From: Acanthaster planci
Taxonomy: Eukaryota
NCBI RefSeq assembly: GCF_001949145.1
Contig: NW_019091358.1
Location: 1,054,961-1,118,960, forward strand
DNA length: 64,000 bases
Reading direction: 5' to 3'
In this document: in pieces, positions 60,701-64,000 of the stretch
Layout of the letters: the number at the start of each line of letters is the position of its first letter
Numbering within the stretch: position 1 is the first letter of the stretch
Translations under genes and position numbers: made by a program
The notes under the pieces: model-generated
What the model was told of the DNA's origin: nothing
Databases searched by the model: none
The model's input: only the letters and a program-made list of their open reading frames with translations

Positions 60701-61904
60701 TTTATTTGGAGGATCACATGTGCATTCAATTTCCATTCAGTCTGCATTGTGATATCAAACATGACATTTGTGGGTTCGCCCGGTCATCAGTTGAAGGGAT
60801 AACGTTCTTACAATTTTACAGTACGTGTAGTTCACAACACATGTGTGCACCCAAGAAGTTTCCTGGCAAATTCCATTCTCCCCCTGCGTGCGTGAAACTT
60901 GAATTGTTCTTAACATTTGTTTGTCCAGGTAGAAGATTCCAAGTGTAGATTTATCAAATATCAGTTTTAAGGAGTCCTTTCCATTGTACAGAATGCCTCA
61001 ATCAGACTTCAAAATTCCCCAAGTTGTCTACTGATATTTGCTGATATGCAAAGCACGGCACGTCGGCCATATTTTTGTTGACTGGAAACTTGAAAAATGG
61101 CCTCTCTGTGGCAATCCCTTGGTGGCACATTGTATTATGAGTGGCTTCATTGTACCCTGACAGTTATGTAATAATAAGATCCAACATTTGTCTGTATGTG
61201 CAACTTGTGGCGTGCGGCCTTTCCATTAGTACAGTGTATTCCATTAGTACAGTGTATTGCCCATGGCACTGATTTGAACACACGCATGTATGCATGGATT
61301 CTACGGAGTACATGTACAATTTTGCCTAATTTTCACTTCAGTGTGTAAAATCATTTTTACAGGAGAGGAATTTCCTGCACCTTGGTCTAGAAACACAGTG
61401 AAAATGGCACTCCTCTGCTTCTGCAAACAACAGAAAAGTTTCATGTCTGAATGCATCGTAGTCATGACAAGTAGCCAGATACCGAATATTTGCACTGTGA
61501 CAAAATGCTTTATGCATCATTTCAGCCTTCAGGTGTTCAATAGCAATCACAGTACTCTTGGTACCATACATTTACCCTGCTACGCAGAAAATCCGTACCT
61601 ACAGGTACATGTACTGGGTACCTGCAACAAAACCTGTCAAAACACACTGCACTGCTTTGTGTGTATATTTTGCTACCAAGCGTGCACTAATACGTACAGT
61701 CTCCATCGGCCAAGACAGTGGAAAGCTTAACCAAAGTAGCTTTTGTGACGTGCTTGTATGTTTATTCACAGCTGGTCACACAAGAGAGAAACCACGGGGT
61801 TGCGTACAATTACTCTGTGCCATTGGACAGCGAGGGAGCTAAACCGGACACCTACTCCTGGCTCTTCAGTGACTTTACGCCTTGCACGAGGACCTGTGGC
61901 GGGG
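30721..61904 (+). CDS. PAPLN: Papilin-like (ADAMTS-like 'papilin cassette') extracellular matrix protein, multi-exon gene span, 3'-partial (9 coding exons, ~344 aa in window)
   Basis: Phase-compatible exons give signal peptide + RSAR + TSP1 ([18 protein letters not shown]) + Cys-rich region ([34 protein letters not shown]) + ADAMTS spacer ([28 protein letters not shown]) + second TSP1 start. No metalloprotease domain precedes the first TSP1. The recalled papilin sequence fits best; another ADAMTSL paralogue cannot be excluded without the downstream Kunitz/Ig exons. Confidence 0.8.
32325..32700 (-). mobile_element. Degenerate LINE ORF2 3' fragment
   Basis: Minus-strand LPQP...AGKSFWH..W / [15 protein letters not shown] resembles the CR1/L2 C-terminal pattern; frameshifted. 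Confidence 0.4.
33222..33315 (+). CDS. PAPLN: Papilin-like signal peptide exon ([32 protein letters not shown])
   Basis: Long poly-T tract + cag| acceptor, |gtaatt donor; hydrophobic core; phase 2 to 0 fits both neighbours. Confidence 0.75.
35899..36298. mobile_element. tRNA-Thr-derived retroelement, inverted composite insertion
   Basis: Minus-strand unit 35901-36120 plus plus-strand 5'-truncated unit 36126-36298; 9-bp TSD agaccgttg (35890-35898, 36299-36307); homologous to 18014-18494. Confidence 0.88.
35995..36067 (-). pseudogene. tRNA-Thr(AGT)-like sequence inside the retroelement (not called a functional tRNA)
   Basis: GCTCGG TGGTCAAGTGG TTAAGACG TCTGC A CTAGTAA GCAGG AGGTC GTGGG TTCGAGT CCCAC CCGAGT: A box, B box and paired acceptor and T stems; CTAGTAA loop with one extra base; T6 run 12 nt downstream. 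Confidence 0.75.
39567..39932. mobile_element. MITE family A, copy 3 (best preserved, opposite orientation)
   Basis: TIRs aataagccacttgcgagttaaatttgaataaaatctggtacactg / cagtgtaccagattttattcaaatttaattcgcaaaaggcttatt plus inner inverted repeat tatacctcgtgattcggggcaagcttttgc / gcaaaagcttgccccgaatcacgcggtata. Confidence 0.88.
42540..42664 (+). CDS. PAPLN: Papilin-like exon, TSP1 repeat N-half (RSARQ...[26 protein letters not shown])
   Basis: ttacag| ... |gtaact; WxxW..W.PCS..CGGG motif; phase 0 to 2. Confidence 0.92.
43506..43669 (+). CDS. PAPLN: Papilin-like exon ([34 protein letters not shown]...WVPYLG)
   Basis: gagcag| ... |gtaaca; phase 2 to 1; overlaps ORF 43528..43758. Confidence 0.88.
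44811..44983. mobile_element. Short hAT-like MITE (CAGGGGTGTGA / TCACACCCCTG) with ttcagct repeats
   Basis: Perfect 11-bp TIR; TSD ambiguous (aaaaat/gaaaat). Confidence 0.7.
45006..45636. mobile_element. DNA element with repeated gtccgacgcctc / gaggcgtcggac subterminal motifs
   Basis: More than ten degenerate copies of the motif in both orientations; ends gcgttctc..gtccgatgcctc / gaggcgtcggacttgcgatacgc. Confidence 0.65.
49493..49623 (+). CDS. PAPLN: Papilin-like Cys-rich exon ([13 protein letters not shown]...VCVNGECM)
   Basis: cttcag| ... |gtaggt; phase 1 to 0. Confidence 0.93.
50080..50235 (-). mobile_element. Degenerate SINE body remnant
   Basis: Reverse complement tgatccttgaacaagacatttaaccctgc resembles the tgtccttgagcaagacacttaacc domain that follows tRNA heads in CORE/V-type SINEs. 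Confidence 0.35.
52636..52712 (-). mobile_element. Degenerate tRNA-derived SINE head
   Basis: Reverse complement agccagacagtttgattggtagcagg...aaggtcatcagtttgaattctgcc has decayed A- and B-box spacing. Confidence 0.4.
53213..53627. mobile_element. piggyBac-like MITE
   Basis: TIRs CCCCTTCGCGCCAGGA / TCCCGGCGCGAAGGGG; TTAA at right flank, left flank degenerate (aata); CpG-rich interior. Confidence 0.7.
54163..54286 (+). CDS. PAPLN: Papilin-like exon ([27 protein letters not shown]...LPF)
   Basis: ttgcag| ... |gtaggc; phase 0 to 1. Confidence 0.93.
54705..54785 (+). CDS. PAPLN: Papilin-like spacer exon ([27 protein letters not shown])
   Basis: ttttag| ... |gtcagt; phase 1 to 1. Confidence 0.92.
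57393..57553. mobile_element. MITE family B, copy 2
   Basis: caatagtacgtctccaagagttt..gcgttggccaatca / tgattggccaacgc..aaactcttggaggtgcactattg; colinear with 9227-9395. Confidence 0.78.
57676..57851 (+). CDS. PAPLN: Papilin-like spacer exon ([18 protein letters not shown]...[10 protein letters not shown])
   Basis: tcccag| ... |gtaggc; phase 1 to 0. Confidence 0.92.
59530..59610 (+). mobile_element. DNA transposon end fragment, same family as 16328-16402
   Basis: cagggtttcatctaggattgaaat...gttaaaaactatccatccactcccag. Confidence 0.55.
61772..61904 (+). CDS. PAPLN: Papilin-like exon ([14 protein letters not shown]...[17 protein letters not shown])
   Basis: tcacag| ... |gtaggt; end of spacer and start of second TSP1; phase 0 to 1; gene continues beyond window. 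Confidence 0.92.
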
Positions 61905-62652
61905 GTAGGTCTTGTTCTGATATGTGTGAGGGTAATATATGATGTACGAGTGACACCAATCACGAGGTACATACATGTACATGTATGTACTACTACTAGT
62001 AACTTAGGAAATTGTACATGGAACGAATGGGCGATGCAGTGAGACGAGGAGGCAGTCAAACTGATATTTCCCATGCGTAAACAAGAGGGATTGATTTGTT
62101 ACCTAGCAACGGTACCTTTTTCAGAGTTGATGCGCCACCTGTGCACGCTTGTTTTACCCTTGGCACTCCTGCGTACATGTACCAGTACGTCTTGGGGGCT
62201 GAGTGCATGCAGTACAATGCGGCTTTCAGCATACTGTCGGCCCTCGTACCCTTTTTCTCTCCATTTTGACCAGCTTTGAAGAATCTGAATTCCCTCGCAA
62301 AAGAAATTTCAGTGATGATGTTGCATGGCAAAGTTGTGTCAGAAAATAAAAAGCAACTGGGTACAAAATTGATTTTCGAAAGTGTTATATTAAATTTTAG
62401 GCTGTCTGCTCATAGTTTATTGCCAGACCTGTGATTCATTTCCTTGGATTGGTCACATTTTGATATTTTCAGCCTTCACTTACTTGTACAAATTTATGGC
62501 ACAGATTTACGACTAGAAATAAAGTTCTCTTCTGGGCTGTAACAAAATGTCAAAAACAGTTGACCTCCTTTTGACATCCGCCATTTCCGTTTTCAACCCC
62601 AAGATTAAGCATCAGTCATTTTATGTCAGCCCCTGTTGTCTATCTCTGAATC

Positions 62653-62897
62653 GGGTCATTCTGTAAATTCAGGGGCCAAAAAGTGTGACAGTTTTGTGTC
62701 CCTGTGACACCTGACCTGTGTAATTTGACATGGAAATGTCACTGACATGATTGCAAACTGTTCCATTTGTTTAGCAGATAACTTGCATTAATTCATCACT
62801 CTTGGAAATTGCAAAATGTCTTGAACTTCATATCATACCGTATGTCAGATGTGACAGGCACACAAAAAAATTTGACCCCTAATTTATAGAATGACCC
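62653..62897. mobile_element. Sola-like MITE related to 12017-12294
   Basis: GGGTCATTCTGTAAATTCAGGGGCCAAA ... TTTGACCCCTAATTTATAGAATGACCC; flanks aatc/aacc. Confidence 0.75.
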
Positions 62898-63898
62898 AAC
62901 CGCCTGTTGTATAATGTGAGTGATTCATGTTATTTGTGTTTCTGTGGTTGCTTGCATAATTTTGAATACGTTGGTGTCACTCATGCAATTTTTTTCAATC
63001 ACCATTTGTTGTCTACATGTCAAACTGAGCCATGGCCATGCAACGCTCTATGAAATGAGTGACTTTTGAAGCTGCTCCATAAGTTGTGATGACTTGATTG
63101 GTGGCTTAGTGATTTGACGCCAAAGATAATTTTCAGCGAGCAGGTGTCAAGGGAACAACATGTATCATCAAATGCTACACCTCAGTGGCCATTAAGAAAA
63201 ATGTGTCCATTTGTTGGTATACATGTATATCCAAGAAAAGAAATATGCCAACTTGTAATTGTACAGTATATGTTGGCAACTTGTTAGAGGAGTGGTCATA
63301 TCCCATTTAGGTTTACAGGTAAATTTGTATTCTTTCAGTATAAGCAGGATATGACTGCACTTGGGAGGAATTATATTTCATTAAATTTAAAAAGACTGGC
63401 GGATAATAAATTGACACATTCTCTTTGGTGGCTCCCGTTTTGCTCCGAACTTGATCGTGCAACCCGAACTTGATCGGTTTAGCCTGTCGTCCTTGAGGGA
63501 TTTGACGTAAATGAATCATTTGACAGGAAAGGCAGAAAGTGCAGCCGTGCAAAAAAGCCATCATGAGCCCCATGTCTGGCCTGCTCCCTTTACCACCTGG
63601 CATTGGCGATATCTAGCAGTGACATTCCTCTGGATTGGGCCAGGAGGAATGCTTTGTGTTTTATTTCTTCAGGGGCAAAGACAGAAAAAAAAACCTATTC
63701 AGGAGTCCTCCTAAGTGAATTTTGGAGGATCTGCCCTTCCAAATCATGTCATTAAGTTGATCCTTTGAGGCAACTGAAGATATGACGTGAAGGGTTCCAG
63801 CTGCTAGGTGCCAGTGTCACCAAATGGCAAATATTTACCAAGGTTGGCTATAATTCTGAGCAGTTGGTGAGAAAAATTAAGGACATACATGTACATGT

Positions 63899-64000
63899 GG
63901 GGCGTGTGGTCTAGTGGTGAGAGTTTGTAGCTTCTGATCATAGGGTGGGGGGTTCGAATCCAGCTGGTGGCAGCATGTCGTGACCTTTGGCAAGTCACTT
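63899..64000 (+). mobile_element. tRNA-derived SINE 5' part with CORE-like segment (truncated by window end)
   Basis: A box TGGTCTAGTGG (63907), B box GGTTCGAATCC (63951), followed by gtgacctttggcaagtcactt resembling the MIR/CORE motif tgtgaccttgggcaagtcactt. Confidence 0.75.

Overview
This is animal genomic DNA: AT-rich, with GT-AG introns and one 46-N assembly gap. A marine invertebrate such as an echinoderm is likely, but that is inferred from gene and repeat style only. Two multi-exon genes lie in tandem on the + strand. The first is a mitochondrial-type acetyl-CoA synthetase (ACSS1-like): 14 phase-compatible coding exons from 6762 to the stop at 26851, with the 5' exon(s) upstream of the window and poly(A) signals near 28.7 kb. 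The second is the 5' part of a papilin/ADAMTS-like extracellular matrix gene: ATG at 30721, signal peptide, TSP1 repeat, Cys-rich and spacer domains, and a second TSP1 repeat starting in exon 61772-61904. It runs off the window end. The introns hold many non-autonomous DNA transposons (hAT-, Sola-, piggyBac- and Kolobok-like), LINE 3' fragments, tRNA-derived SINEs, an 85-bp dimeric minisatellite and a microsatellite. The most notable observations are: (1) two insertions of a tRNA-Thr-derived retroelement with inverted and head-to-tail Penelope-like architecture and a covarying 3' RNA stem; (2) degenerate duplicates of an ACSS1 exon end that may form an alternative or poison exon; (3) a uORF whose stop overlaps the papilin ATG; (4) a large excess of TACATGTA/TACCGGTA words that look like Tc1/mariner excision footprints. 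Most of the supplied ORFs are spurious.
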